Source: Alphaproteobacteria bacterium
GTDB taxonomy: Bacteria; Pseudomonadota; Alphaproteobacteria; Micavibrionales; Micavibrionaceae
Assembly: GCA_046541095.1 (NCBI GenBank)
Contig: JBKHDZ010000001.1
Coordinates: 1 to 40,607 of the forward strand
DNA length: 40,607 nt
Reading direction: 5' to 3'
Numbering within the stretch: the stretch's first letter is position 1; each line of letters opens with the position of its first letter. A program made the translations under genes and the position numbers. This document shows positions 9,100 to 17,829 of the stretch, piece by piece. The notes under the pieces were generated by a model. It searched no databases and was not told the origin of the DNA. It saw nothing but the letters and a program-made list of their open reading frames with translations.

Positions 9100-11271
9100 A
9101 TGCAATTAAAGAAAAATTCCCCGCAAGTTGAAGAAAATCGGGAAGCCATAGAACACCAGATTAGTGTAATGAAAGACCATTTAAAAGATAATCCCAAGGA
9201 TTATAAGGTCATGTTTGCCTTGGCCATTCGTCATTATTTTATAGATGAATACCGGCATTGTCTGACTATCTGTGACAAGCTGGCAAAATTGGGAGCAGAG
9301 CAGCCCGATATTTATGATCTGGGCGGACGCGCCGGTATTAAGGCGGGAGAGTTTGATAAAACGCTGGAGGTTCTGAAGCTGGGCAGCGAGCGTTTTTCGG
9401 ATAATTATTCTATTCATATTTTGTATGCAACCGCCTTGAACCATGTTGCGCGCTATGAGGAAGCGGAAAAAGTTTTCAAATACGCACAAAGTATTTCAGG
9501 GGACGAGCCATCTTCCTATGTGGCGCTGAGCAATTATTATGCGCAGACGGGCGATGTTCAAAAAGCGCTTGAAGAATTGCATAGGGGCGAGGAACGCCAC
9601 CCCAATTCTGCGCTTATTTTAAACAATTTAGGCACCCTTTATTCACGGCTGGATGATGATATAAAAGCCTCGGAGTTTTATATCAAGGCTTTGCGGGTTG
9701 ATCCGCAAAACACCAATTATCTGGTGAATATCGGCGGCAGCTTTTCCGCCATGAAAAAAACGGATATGGCTCTCAAATTTTTTGATGAAGCCTTGAAAAT
9801 AAATCCTGATGACGGGCCTGCACTTTGTTCCAAAGCGGCTTTGCTATCCAATCACGGACTTTCACAAGAATATATGGAGATGATGCGCCATGGCCTTGAA
9901 AGCTATGGGAAAAGGGACGAGTTAACCAACACAAATTACCTGAATCATTTCAGCAATTATATTTTTCTGCTTCATTACGTGCCCGATACCTCAAGGCAGT
10001 ATATTTTTGATGAAATTGTCAAATGGCAAAAGGCTCTGTGTTCGGATATTCCAGAAAAGCCTGCCATTGAATTCGGCAATGACGCTTCCAAGGGCAGGAA
10101 ACTCCGTATCGGCATGATTTCCAAGGGCTTTAATGTGCATCCTGTGGGGCAGATGATTTATCCGGCACTGGAAAACCTGGATAAATCGCAATTCGAGCTG
10201 TATTGCTACACTGAACTGGCCGTAGGCAAGCGCGACCATTTGACCGATAAAATTTATGAATTATGCGAAAAAGTGGAAAGCATAAACAATCAGACCAATC
10301 CGATACTGGTTGAAAAAATTCGCGCTGATGAGATTGATATTCTGATTGAAATGACAGGCCATTCCGAAGGCGGGCGCCGTTTACAGCTGATAGCCGAGCG
10401 TGCCGCCCCTGTGCAGGTGAAATGGGTGGGCGGTTTGTTTAATACAACGGGCGTGCCGCAAATGGATTGGCTTCTGACCGATCACATAGAAACGCCGGAG
10501 GGTGAGGAGAAATGGTACACGGAAAAACTTTACCGCATGCCTGATGATTATATCGTTTATTACCCGCCGTTTTATGCGCCTAAAGTTCTGGATTTACCGG
10601 CCAAAAAGAACGGGTATATCACATTTGGAAATTTGAACAATCTGGCGAAAACCAATTCCTATACTATTCAAATATGGGCCAAAATCCTGCATGCCGTACC
10701 AAACAGTAAATTATTGCTGAAAGGCAATAAGATGAATGAGGATTTCGTGCAGGATCATCTTTATAAAGCCTTTGCCGATCAGGGAATAGAAAAAGAGCGC
10801 GTATTGATTGAAGGCGGCGAACAGCACCAGCAATTTTTGCATGTTTATAACCGCATCGACATCGCCCTTGACCCGCACCCCTATACGGGCGGCTTGACGA
10901 CTTGCGAGGCTTTATGGATGGGCGTGCCTGTGGTCACCTTGCCGGGGGAAACTTTTGCCGGGCGGCATGCGGCCAGCCATTTGACCAATGCGGATATGGC
11001 GGGCTGGATTGCCAAAGATGAACAAGATTATATCGATATCGCTGTCAAATGGGCGCAGGATATTGAAGGGCTTTCGAATTTGCGAGCGGGTCTTCGCGAG
11101 CATGTCGCCAAAACGCCTTTGGTGGATGGCCCGCGTTACGCCAGAAATCTGGAAAACGCCTTGCGCCTTATGTGGGGTGAATGGTGTGATATGAAAGATG
11201 GCGCTGAAAAGCCTGCTAATATTTCAAAGCCTAAACCCAAGAAGAGCAAAACAAGCAAAAAAAGGAAATAA
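9100..11271 (+). CDS. TPR-repeat protein fused to a GT41 (OGT/SPINDLY-like) glycosyltransferase domain; candidate flagellin glycosyltransferase
   Basis: The N-terminal ~300 aa are TPR repeats. The C-terminal part carries bacterial OGT-like motifs (LRIGMISKGFNVHPVG, APVQVKWVGGLFNTTG, ITFGNLNNLAKT, IDIALDPHPYTGGLTTCEALWMGVPVVTL). Divergent from flagellin. Confidence 0.85.
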   Translation: MQLKKNSPQVEENREAIEHQISVMKDHLKDNPKDYKVMFALAIRHYFIDEYRHCLTICDKLAKLGAEQPDIYDLGGRAGIKAGEFDKTLEVLKLGSERFSDNYSIHILYATALNHVARYEEAEKVFKYAQSISGDEPSSYVALSNYYAQTGDVQKALEELHRGEERHPNSALILNNLGTLYSRLDDDIKASEFYIKALRVDPQNTNYLVNIGGSFSAMKKTDMALKFFDEALKINPDDGPALCSKAALLSNHGLSQEYMEMMRHGLESYGKRDELTNTNYLNHFSNYIFLLHYVPDTSRQYIFDEIVKWQKALCSDIPEKPAIEFGNDASKGRKLRIGMISKGFNVHPVGQMIYPALENLDKSQFELYCYTELAVGKRDHLTDKIYELCEKVESINNQTNPILVEKIRADEIDILIEMTGHSEGGRRLQLIAERAAPVQVKWVGGLFNTTGVPQMDWLLTDHIETPEGEEKWYTEKLYRMPDDYIVYYPPFYAPKVLDLPAKKNGYITFGNLNNLAKTNSYTIQIWAKILHAVPNSKLLLKGNKMNEDFVQDHLYKAFADQGIEKERVLIEGGEQHQQFLHVYNRIDIALDPHPYTGGLTTCEALWMGVPVVTLPGETFAGRHAASHLTNADMAGWIAKDEQDYIDIAVKWAQDIEGLSNLRAGLREHVAKTPLVDGPRYARNLENALRLMWGEWCDMKDGAEKPANISKPKPKKSKTSKKRK

Positions 11272-11274
11272 ATT

Positions 11275-12147
11275 GTGAGTGATGATATTCCCGTGAAAGA
11301 CCTGCCTGGCGCAGCCGAAGAGAAATGGACAAATCCGCCGGAGCCTTCTGGTCGGCATTTGACAACTGATCTTATACCTTTCAATGAATTTGTGAATTTA
11401 AATGACAGGGTTAGCTCTGAGGGGCGCGGATTATTTCCTTCGACGAGTTTTGCTCCCAAGCATTTGGAAGAACTTATGCAAGACCCTGTAATGTTCAAAT
11501 TAAAAGATGATTACAAGTTTACTGGTTGGAGCATGGAGCCGGACAGTGTTACTTTTTTAAAAAGCCTGTTCGAAATGTATAAGCCTCAAATTGTAGTGGA
11601 ATTGGGGTCAGGAATATCCACCCCCATTTTATCTGCAAAATTAAAAGAGATTTGGGCTGAGGATGAAGTCAAGCCTGTCTATGTCACGATTGACCAATCT
11701 GAAGATTACCTTGATCAGACCAGAAAGATTGTTGAAATAGCCGGTACCGCGGATATCGTTAAACCTTTAATATTCCCGATAGCTTGTTTCAAAGTCGGCG
11801 AAGTTAACGAGGACGGAGAACAAAAATTATTGCATTGTTATGATTTTGATGAAAAAGCATTGTTTGACGCCTGCGATGGTTTGCGACCGGATTTGATTAT
11901 TGCAGATGGACCGACCTCTGGCGGAGTTGGAGGTTTTTTATACGGGCGTTTGTTAACAGCACCGATATTGTCTATGTTCGCCAAACCCAATGCTCTATTC
12001 TGTCTTGATGATGCTTATCGAAGCACGGAAATCGAAGCGACAAAGAGCTGGAATAATAATGATATTATTGATGTCCTGGGTATTAAGGCGGCTGGCAAAG
12101 GAATGATGCTGGGCTTGGTTCACAAAAACACTGAAAATACCAAATAG
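11275..12147 (+). CDS. putative class I SAM-dependent methyltransferase
   Basis: GTG start with an AAGGAA Shine-Dalgarno 7 nt upstream. Motif I-like VVELGSGIST, an acidic post-I residue (VTIDQSED) and DLIIADGP. Assignment is by motif only. Confidence 0.5.
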   Translation: MSDDIPVKDLPGAAEEKWTNPPEPSGRHLTTDLIPFNEFVNLNDRVSSEGRGLFPSTSFAPKHLEELMQDPVMFKLKDDYKFTGWSMEPDSVTFLKSLFEMYKPQIVVELGSGISTPILSAKLKEIWAEDEVKPVYVTIDQSEDYLDQTRKIVEIAGTADIVKPLIFPIACFKVGEVNEDGEQKLLHCYDFDEKALFDACDGLRPDLIIADGPTSGGVGGFLYGRLLTAPILSMFAKPNALFCLDDAYRSTEIEATKSWNNNDIIDVLGIKAAGKGMMLGLVHKNTENTK

Positions 12148-12169
12148 GTTTTAATTCACGGATTAAAGA

Positions 12170-13015
12170 ATGAGCGCGCAGCAATTGAAAGAAACACTGG
12201 GTTTATCCGACACTATTAAAGTGGTGGATGTAGGAGCCAATCCTATTGATACAAGTCCGCCTTATTTACCTTTATACGAACGGGGATTGGCCACTGTTGT
12301 TGGTTTTGAGCCGAATAAAGCGGCTTGCGAGCAATTAAAGGCCGCCGCCAAAGAAGGTGACGCTTTTTTCCCCTTTGCGCTGGGCGATGGCAATAAAACA
12401 AAGTTTAATGTATGCCATGCTCCGGGGATGTCCTCGAATTTTGATCCCAATATAGAGTTTATCAAGCGCTTTCAACTTTATCCCGAGGCTTCTCAAGTCA
12501 AAGAGATGAAAATGATTAACACCATACGGCTGGATGACATTCCTGAAGCGGCCAATAGCGATATGGTGAAAATTGATGTGCAGGGTAGCGAATTGCGTAT
12601 TTTTGAAAATGCAACCGAGGTTTTAAAGGATGTTGTTGTTATCCACACCGAAGCCATGTTTGTGCCGATTTACAAAAACCAGCCTTTATTTGCCGATCAG
12701 GACAGCTTTTTGCGCGAACAAGGCTTTGTCTTTCATACAATGACCGATATTATAAAGCGCGCATATAGGCCGCTTTTGATCAAAGGAGATAATCGTCATG
12801 GTTTGAATCAGCTCTGCACTGCGGATGTTGTGTATTATGCTTCCTGGGAGCGTATGTATGAAATGCCGCTTGAAAAGCTTTTGAAGCTCGCTCTAATTAT
12901 GGATCAGATTTATAATTCTTATGATTTGGCGCAGGCTGTTTTGAAGGTCTATGATGAGCGCGAGGGCTCTGATCTTTGGACGCAATACATGAAGTTTAAA
13001 AAATTCATGCAGTAA
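12170..13015 (+). CDS. FkbM-family methyltransferase
   Basis: VVDVGANPID and MVKIDVQGSELRIFEN match the FkbM family signature (DVGAN...iKiDvEGaE). 281 aa. Confidence 0.8.
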   Translation: MSAQQLKETLGLSDTIKVVDVGANPIDTSPPYLPLYERGLATVVGFEPNKAACEQLKAAAKEGDAFFPFALGDGNKTKFNVCHAPGMSSNFDPNIEFIKRFQLYPEASQVKEMKMINTIRLDDIPEAANSDMVKIDVQGSELRIFENATEVLKDVVVIHTEAMFVPIYKNQPLFADQDSFLREQGFVFHTMTDIIKRAYRPLLIKGDNRHGLNQLCTADVVYYASWERMYEMPLEKLLKLALIMDQIYNSYDLAQAVLKVYDEREGSDLWTQYMKFKKFMQ

Positions 13016-13052
13016 TAATAAGGGCGTCATTTAAAAAAATATCAATAAAAAA

Positions 13053-13088
13053 CCCGGATGGAAAATCCTTCTCCATCCGGGCCTTTTG
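13053..13088 (+). terminator. rho-independent terminator after the methyltransferase genes
   Basis: CCCGGATGGA-aaatccttc-TCCATCCGGG followed by CCTTTTGGG. Confidence 0.8.
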
Positions 13089-13389
13089 GGTTACTGCCCA
13101 TTTTATCCGCTCACATCCGTATCCGGATTTTTGTTGCATGTGCAGTGTCGGGGTGAGGGCGCAAAACTTTGGGGGTTAGGGAATAAATGGTGGGTAGCCA
13201 TTATAGGGTTCCCAAAATTTTGCACCCAATTTTGTTTTCGTTTTTGCGTTCCAGCGGGTTTACAAGAACGACAAAAATAAAACGAATAACTTGTCAGCTT
13301 TCTGCTTTTAAACTGTCCCCCTTTAAGGGGGGCGGCCCCGCTCCACGATCTTCTATCGCTTCATTGCGCGTCCGCCCAAACTCTTAAAA

Positions 13390-15126
13390 TTATCTCAGGC
13401 TCAAGAGGTCCTGTGTCATCTGGTCCACCGTATTGATGGTCCGTGTTCCCGCACCAAACGCGCGCTGGGCCACGATCAATCTGGCAAATTCATCGGCCAG
13501 ATCCACATTGGATGACTCGAGTGTAGATGGCTCTACGAAACCAGCTCCGCCTGTTCCGGCGCGACGCAGGTTTTCTTCACCTGATTCATCGTTTTCGGTG
13601 TATGCCGTACCGGAAACTTCCGTCAAACCGTTCTGATTGGCAAAGGTGATGAGCGGGACTTGATACAGCGTTGCCGAAGCACCGTTGGAGAAACGGGCAA
13701 TAACCTGTCCTTCACGGTTAATTTCAACACCTGTTCTCAAACCCAGCTCGGCACCGTTCTGATCGGAAAAGATCACATCATAGTTACCGGCAAACTGGGA
13801 GAAGCGCTCGATGTCCAGACTAATATCCTGAGGCGTCGAACCATTCCCCCAATCAATATTCTGCATGTTCACATCAATATCGCCATTACCATCCTGACGG
13901 GCATTGATTGTACCATCACGGTTAAAGTTAATCAGACCCTGGCTAATGGTCGTCCCATCGGGGTGGACGGCGCGCAATTCCCACCAGCCGCGCTCGTTGT
14001 AATTGTTATCACCGGGGGAATTCTGGAAGGCCGGAAAGGCTTCACCGCTATAGGCGGGGGTATCGCCGGGCGCACCGTTATCATAGTTGGCGGTCAAATC
14101 ATCCGAGGAAAAAAGACCGGCCGTAATCCCAAATGTGCTGAGCGGTGTTCCTGTTACATTTACAAGATCAATGCTGTTACCGGCGCCACCGATAAAAGAA
14201 TCGCGGATAATGACCAGTTCGTTGTCATTGCCCAGATAAGCGCTCACGCCAGGAACGTTGGTGTTGATATCCGAAATAATGTCATTTACGGTCTGGACGG
14301 CCACATCTTCCGCGCCGGATGTACCGTTGGTTGGCACACTATCGACTTCGTAAAGTCTTGGTGTACCTGCGCCATCGACATCCAGCGAGAACTGATCGCC
14401 ATCGCTCAAGCCGATATCAACCAGCCCGTCTGTTGCTGATAAATCACCTGTTGTTCCGGCGGCTGTGGCCATCGGGCCATAGGTTTTTGTGTATTCGAAT
14501 GTAATTGTCTGTGCAGAGCCCAAACTATCGAACACTGTCAAGCCACGCGAAAAGTCGGGTGCTGTGGTTGCAAGATTGCCAAATGTGGTATCAGTTTCAT
14601 CCGCATCCAGATTAATGGCGATTTCGGCATCGGATGTCGGGCGCGTTAATCCACCCAAAAAGGCAACGTCAGCCGGAACAAGAGAAATCAAATCCCCTTG
14701 GTTATCGGGCAAATTACCGCTGGAATCAATCGGCCACGCATATAAAACATAGCCCGAAGCATTGCGCAGAAGACCTGTTGAATCTTCCGAGAATTGCCCG
14801 GCGCGCGTGTAGAGGAATTCCTGCCCTGTGTCCGTTGAACGTTTTACAGGGAAAAAACCGTTCCCGGAAACCGAAGCATCGGTTTCGGAGGCCGTTTGTT
14901 GCAGCGATCCTTGCTGGTCCACACGCTGGATACGGTTTACAGAAACCGTACCCGGTGAATATAGCGAAGAGCGGCTTTGTGTGGTCACGAGTGATTGGAA
15001 GCTGGCTTCCGAGCGTTTAAAGCCTGTTGTGTTTACGTTGGCAATATTGTTCGAAATAATTGCCGTGTTCTGGCTTTGCGCGAAAAGCGCCGATACGCCT
15101 GTAAATAAAGATCCAAAAAGTCCCAT
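13390..15126 (-). CDS. flgE: flagellar hook protein FlgE, paralog 2 (578 aa)
   Basis: N-terminus MGLFGSLFTGVSALFAQSQNTAIISNNIANVNTTGFK. C-terminus SNVDLADEFARLIVAQRAFGAGTRTINTVDQMTQDLLSLR. Own AGGAG Shine-Dalgarno. Confidence 0.85.
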   Translation of the reverse strand: MGLFGSLFTGVSALFAQSQNTAIISNNIANVNTTGFKRSEASFQSLVTTQSRSSLYSPGTVSVNRIQRVDQQGSLQQTASETDASVSGNGFFPVKRSTDTGQEFLYTRAGQFSEDSTGLLRNASGYVLYAWPIDSSGNLPDNQGDLISLVPADVAFLGGLTRPTSDAEIAINLDADETDTTFGNLATTAPDFSRGLTVFDSLGSAQTITFEYTKTYGPMATAAGTTGDLSATDGLVDIGLSDGDQFSLDVDGAGTPRLYEVDSVPTNGTSGAEDVAVQTVNDIISDINTNVPGVSAYLGNDNELVIIRDSFIGGAGNSIDLVNVTGTPLSTFGITAGLFSSDDLTANYDNGAPGDTPAYSGEAFPAFQNSPGDNNYNERGWWELRAVHPDGTTISQGLINFNRDGTINARQDGNGDIDVNMQNIDWGNGSTPQDISLDIERFSQFAGNYDVIFSDQNGAELGLRTGVEINREGQVIARFSNGASATLYQVPLITFANQNGLTEVSGTAYTENDESGEENLRRAGTGGAGFVEPSTLESSNVDLADEFARLIVAQRAFGAGTRTINTVDQMTQDLLSLR

Positions 15127-15176
15127 TGTCTTTCTCCTTTAAATTAAAATTTTATTTTTTAACTTTCATTTTCTTT

Positions 15177-15228
15177 GTTGGTTGTTGTGAATGGTTAAAA
15201 TTTTCCGTTGTTATCGGGTTGGTTGTTG
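15177..15228. repeat. two copies of an 11-nt direct repeat GTTGGTTGTTG between the two flgE genes
   Basis: Exact copies at 15177-15187 and 15218-15228 within the 109-nt inter-flgE spacer. Confidence 0.6.
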
Positions 15229-15235
15229 CGTCATA

Positions 15236-17041
15236 TCATCGTTTCAACCTCACCAGAGTTTGCGTCATTTCATCGACCGCGTTTATGACTTTGGAATTCA
15301 AGCCAAATGATCGCTGATGAACAATTAGATCCCCGAATTCTTCGGAAATATCGACATTGGATCCTTCAATCGTCGAACCATATATGTCGCCTGCACCATT
15401 GGTGCCTGCTTCATAAATTGAGGCCAGGCCTGAATCTTGTGTAGCCGAGAAAACAGTGCCGCTTTCTTCGCGTAATCCATCAGGGTTGGCAAAAGTTGCC
15501 AGAGGTATGCGGTAAATCGGTACGGTCGAACCGTTCGAGAAGGTGGCCATAACAAGGCCGTTATCTTCAATGGTGATGCCTGTGCGATCCCCTAAGGGTG
15601 CGCCGTTTTGCGTGGCATCAAGAACGTTATACCCGCCTGAAAACTGGCTGGATCGGGTCATGTTCACCGCGATGGCAGTTTCTTCGCCAGTGCCGCTGGA
15701 ATCAAAGTCAATCGTTCCAAGGTTTAAAGTCGGATCGGCGGTATTCAAGGTTCCATCGCCGTTAAAATTCAGCATGCCGCTGGTCAAAGGAACGCGTGTA
15801 GTGCCAGAGGGGTTTGCCGGGTCTGGAATATTCACGGTGACTTCCCACCACCCTTGAGGGTTAGGTACATTCTGCAGGGCAGGGAAATTGCCTTGATCGG
15901 GGTAGGGGCCGGTGGCGCTGGGGGCTTGGGTCGTATCGTAAAACGGATCGTAAGTATAGCCGCCATCTACAGGGTCATCGACGAAATTAAAGCCATTGGG
16001 CCCCAGCACATTTGCGCTACTGGCCGAAATATCAAGGCTTTCCGCAGGGTTAATGGAGCTGACCTGCAACTCGCCATTATCACTGATCGTGGCCTGAAAT
16101 TGCTGGATGTTGTCCACCGGATCTGTGTAATTATTTATCACGGATCGCAGATCGGCCATCGTGTTCACCTGATTCAAGCTGGTATCCGCCGGACCGTTCA
16201 CAAAAGTCACGGTTAAGGAGCCTGCGCTATTTCCTATGCTCAGCGTATTGCCGTTTGTGATGCCGGAGGTCGGTCCTGCCGGATTGTCCACCAAAACATC
16301 ATTGGTGTTGAGCGGGCTGCCCAGATTACTGGTGAATTGCGCTTGCGGGCCGGTAATTTTGCGAAATTCGAAATTAACCTCGCGCGCTGTTCCTGTTGTA
16401 TCATAAACATTAATGCTACGTGAAAACTGTGCGCTTTGCGCATTCACGGGAAGGGTTTGCCCACCGCCAAGCAAATGCGGATTGATATCAGTCTCGCTCG
16501 CATCCAGATTGATCCCGAGATCTATGCGGCTTGTGGGGAGAACCTGCGAGGTGAATTGCCCGACTTCCAGCGGTTGCAGAGAGCTTACATCACTGCCGCT
16601 TGCGGTGGTGATGCCGTCCGTATCTGTCGGCCAGCCATACAAGTAAAACCCGGACGAGTTTTTCAAGTACACTTCGTTTGTGCCGCGCTCCGGAGATTCG
16701 CCGAATTGCCCGTTACGGGTGTATAGGAAATTGTCTGTTCCATCGGGCACTTGCTGGACGGCGAAAAAGCCGTTGCCTGTAATGCCCGCATCAAGGGATA
16801 TGCCTGTTTGCTGAAGCTGCCCCTGTTTGGAAGCGCGCAAAAGTTTCTCCGTTGTCACGCCGCCTGTTGCATCAATGGTGGAGGAATAACGGCTGGAATT
16901 CACAAGATCGGCAAAGGCTGTATCCGATTTCTTGTAACCGGTTGTGCTCATATTGGCGACATTGGTCGAAGTCACCTGCGTCGCACGCGAGGCGGCAAGC
17001 ATGCCCGATGTGCTGGAATATAGTGATCCGAAAAGTCCCAT
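15236..17041 (-). CDS. flgE: flagellar hook protein FlgE, paralog 1 (601 aa)
   Basis: N-terminus MGLFGSLYSSTSGMLAASRATQVTSTNVANMSTTGYK. C-terminus SNVDISEEFGDLIVHQRSFGLNSKVINAVDEMTQTLVRLKR. Directly follows flgD. Confidence 0.87.
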   Translation of the reverse strand: MGLFGSLYSSTSGMLAASRATQVTSTNVANMSTTGYKKSDTAFADLVNSSRYSSTIDATGGVTTEKLLRASKQGQLQQTGISLDAGITGNGFFAVQQVPDGTDNFLYTRNGQFGESPERGTNEVYLKNSSGFYLYGWPTDTDGITTASGSDVSSLQPLEVGQFTSQVLPTSRIDLGINLDASETDINPHLLGGGQTLPVNAQSAQFSRSINVYDTTGTAREVNFEFRKITGPQAQFTSNLGSPLNTNDVLVDNPAGPTSGITNGNTLSIGNSAGSLTVTFVNGPADTSLNQVNTMADLRSVINNYTDPVDNIQQFQATISDNGELQVSSINPAESLDISASSANVLGPNGFNFVDDPVDGGYTYDPFYDTTQAPSATGPYPDQGNFPALQNVPNPQGWWEVTVNIPDPANPSGTTRVPLTSGMLNFNGDGTLNTADPTLNLGTIDFDSSGTGEETAIAVNMTRSSQFSGGYNVLDATQNGAPLGDRTGITIEDNGLVMATFSNGSTVPIYRIPLATFANPDGLREESGTVFSATQDSGLASIYEAGTNGAGDIYGSTIEGSNVDISEEFGDLIVHQRSFGLNSKVINAVDEMTQTLVRLKR

Positions 17042-17058
17042 AATACTAAACCTCTTGT

Positions 17059-17814
17059 TTAACCTGTTGTCTGCGAATTGTTGTTATTATCGCCGCTGTA
17101 CCCACTGTCGCCGCTGTCATCGGCAGGTGCGGAGGCAGAATTTGTTTGCGCTTGCGGCATTTTCACATTCAAAATATTGCCCACCGATACGGCGCGGTCA
17201 CCTATAATCGCGAATATGGCCCCATCCTGAGATTCAATGCCGTTAATGTAGCCTGTTACTACGGTGGAAGAGCCAACGGCATTGCCATCAAAATCAAGCG
17301 CATCGACCACAATTTCATACGTGCCATCGGGGGCTGGCAGGCCTTGTTTGTTGGTTCCATCCCAGACAAAATCATGGCTGCCTGTTCCGGTTTGTGCGTT
17401 TTGCTCGTACACAACGGCGCCGCTTTCATCGAGAATACGGATTTTGGCTTCAAAGGCATTGCTATCCAAAGCGTATTTGATCTCGCTTGTGCCTCCATCG
17501 TGGTAAAATTCGGAAGATACATAGCTTGCATCCTTGCCGACATAATTCAGCGCGGAGCTAATGCTGTTGCCCAAATTCATTGCCACCAGGGAATCCAGTT
17601 TCTGGTTGGTGTTGATTTGTTGCTCCACCCCGGTAAAGGCCACAAGCTGGTTGGTGAACTCGTTCGTTTCCATGGGCGAGAGCGGGTCCTGATTTTGCAA
17701 CTGAACAGTCAGCAAGGTCAGGAATTGCGAGAAATCTTCTGCTAAAGCACTAGCTGACGCATTGGTGCCTTGTGCATCTCTGGCGACGTTCGATAATGTT
17801 ACATCTGAAACCAT
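17059..17814 (-). CDS. flgD: flagellar hook capping/assembly protein FlgD
   Basis: The FlgD N-domain motif FSQFLTLLTVQLQNQDPLSPMETNEFTNQLVAFTGVEQ, followed by a FlgD Ig-like region. Confidence 0.9.
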   Translation of the reverse strand: MVSDVTLSNVARDAQGTNASASALAEDFSQFLTLLTVQLQNQDPLSPMETNEFTNQLVAFTGVEQQINTNQKLDSLVAMNLGNSISSALNYVGKDASYVSSEFYHDGGTSEIKYALDSNAFEAKIRILDESGAVVYEQNAQTGTGSHDFVWDGTNKQGLPAPDGTYEIVVDALDFDGNAVGSSTVVTGYINGIESQDGAIFAIIGDRAVSVGNILNVKMPQAQTNSASAPADDSGDSGYSGDNNNNSQTTG

Positions 17815-17829
17815 CTTCTTTTTCCTTCC

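Noticed and set aside
11136-11498. 120-aa minus-strand ORF spanning the GT41/methyltransferase junction.
   Set aside because: It is antisense to two well-supported plus-strand genes and has no start context or motifs.
13660-14439. Long antisense ORFs inside recognised flagellar genes. Examples: 13660-14439 (+) in flgE, 17146-17745 (+) in flgD, 2012-2506 (+) in fliH, 4046-4495 (+) in fliF, 22227-22661 (-) in fliX, 18461-18943 (+) in fliK, 33691-34014 (-) and 34666-35109 (-) in the TPR gene.
   Set aside because: Each lies opposite a gene with unmistakable family motifs. The translations are low-complexity or Arg/Ser/Cys-rich with no motifs. They are typical shadow ORFs of moderately GC-rich coding DNA.
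13390-15126. Possibility that the second hook-like gene is really flgK (hook-associated protein 1).
   Set aside because: The N-terminus (MGLFGSL...NIANVNTTGFK) and C-terminus (IVAQRAFGAGTRTINTVDQMTQDLLSLR) follow the FlgE pattern, not the FlgK pattern. No flgL follows it.
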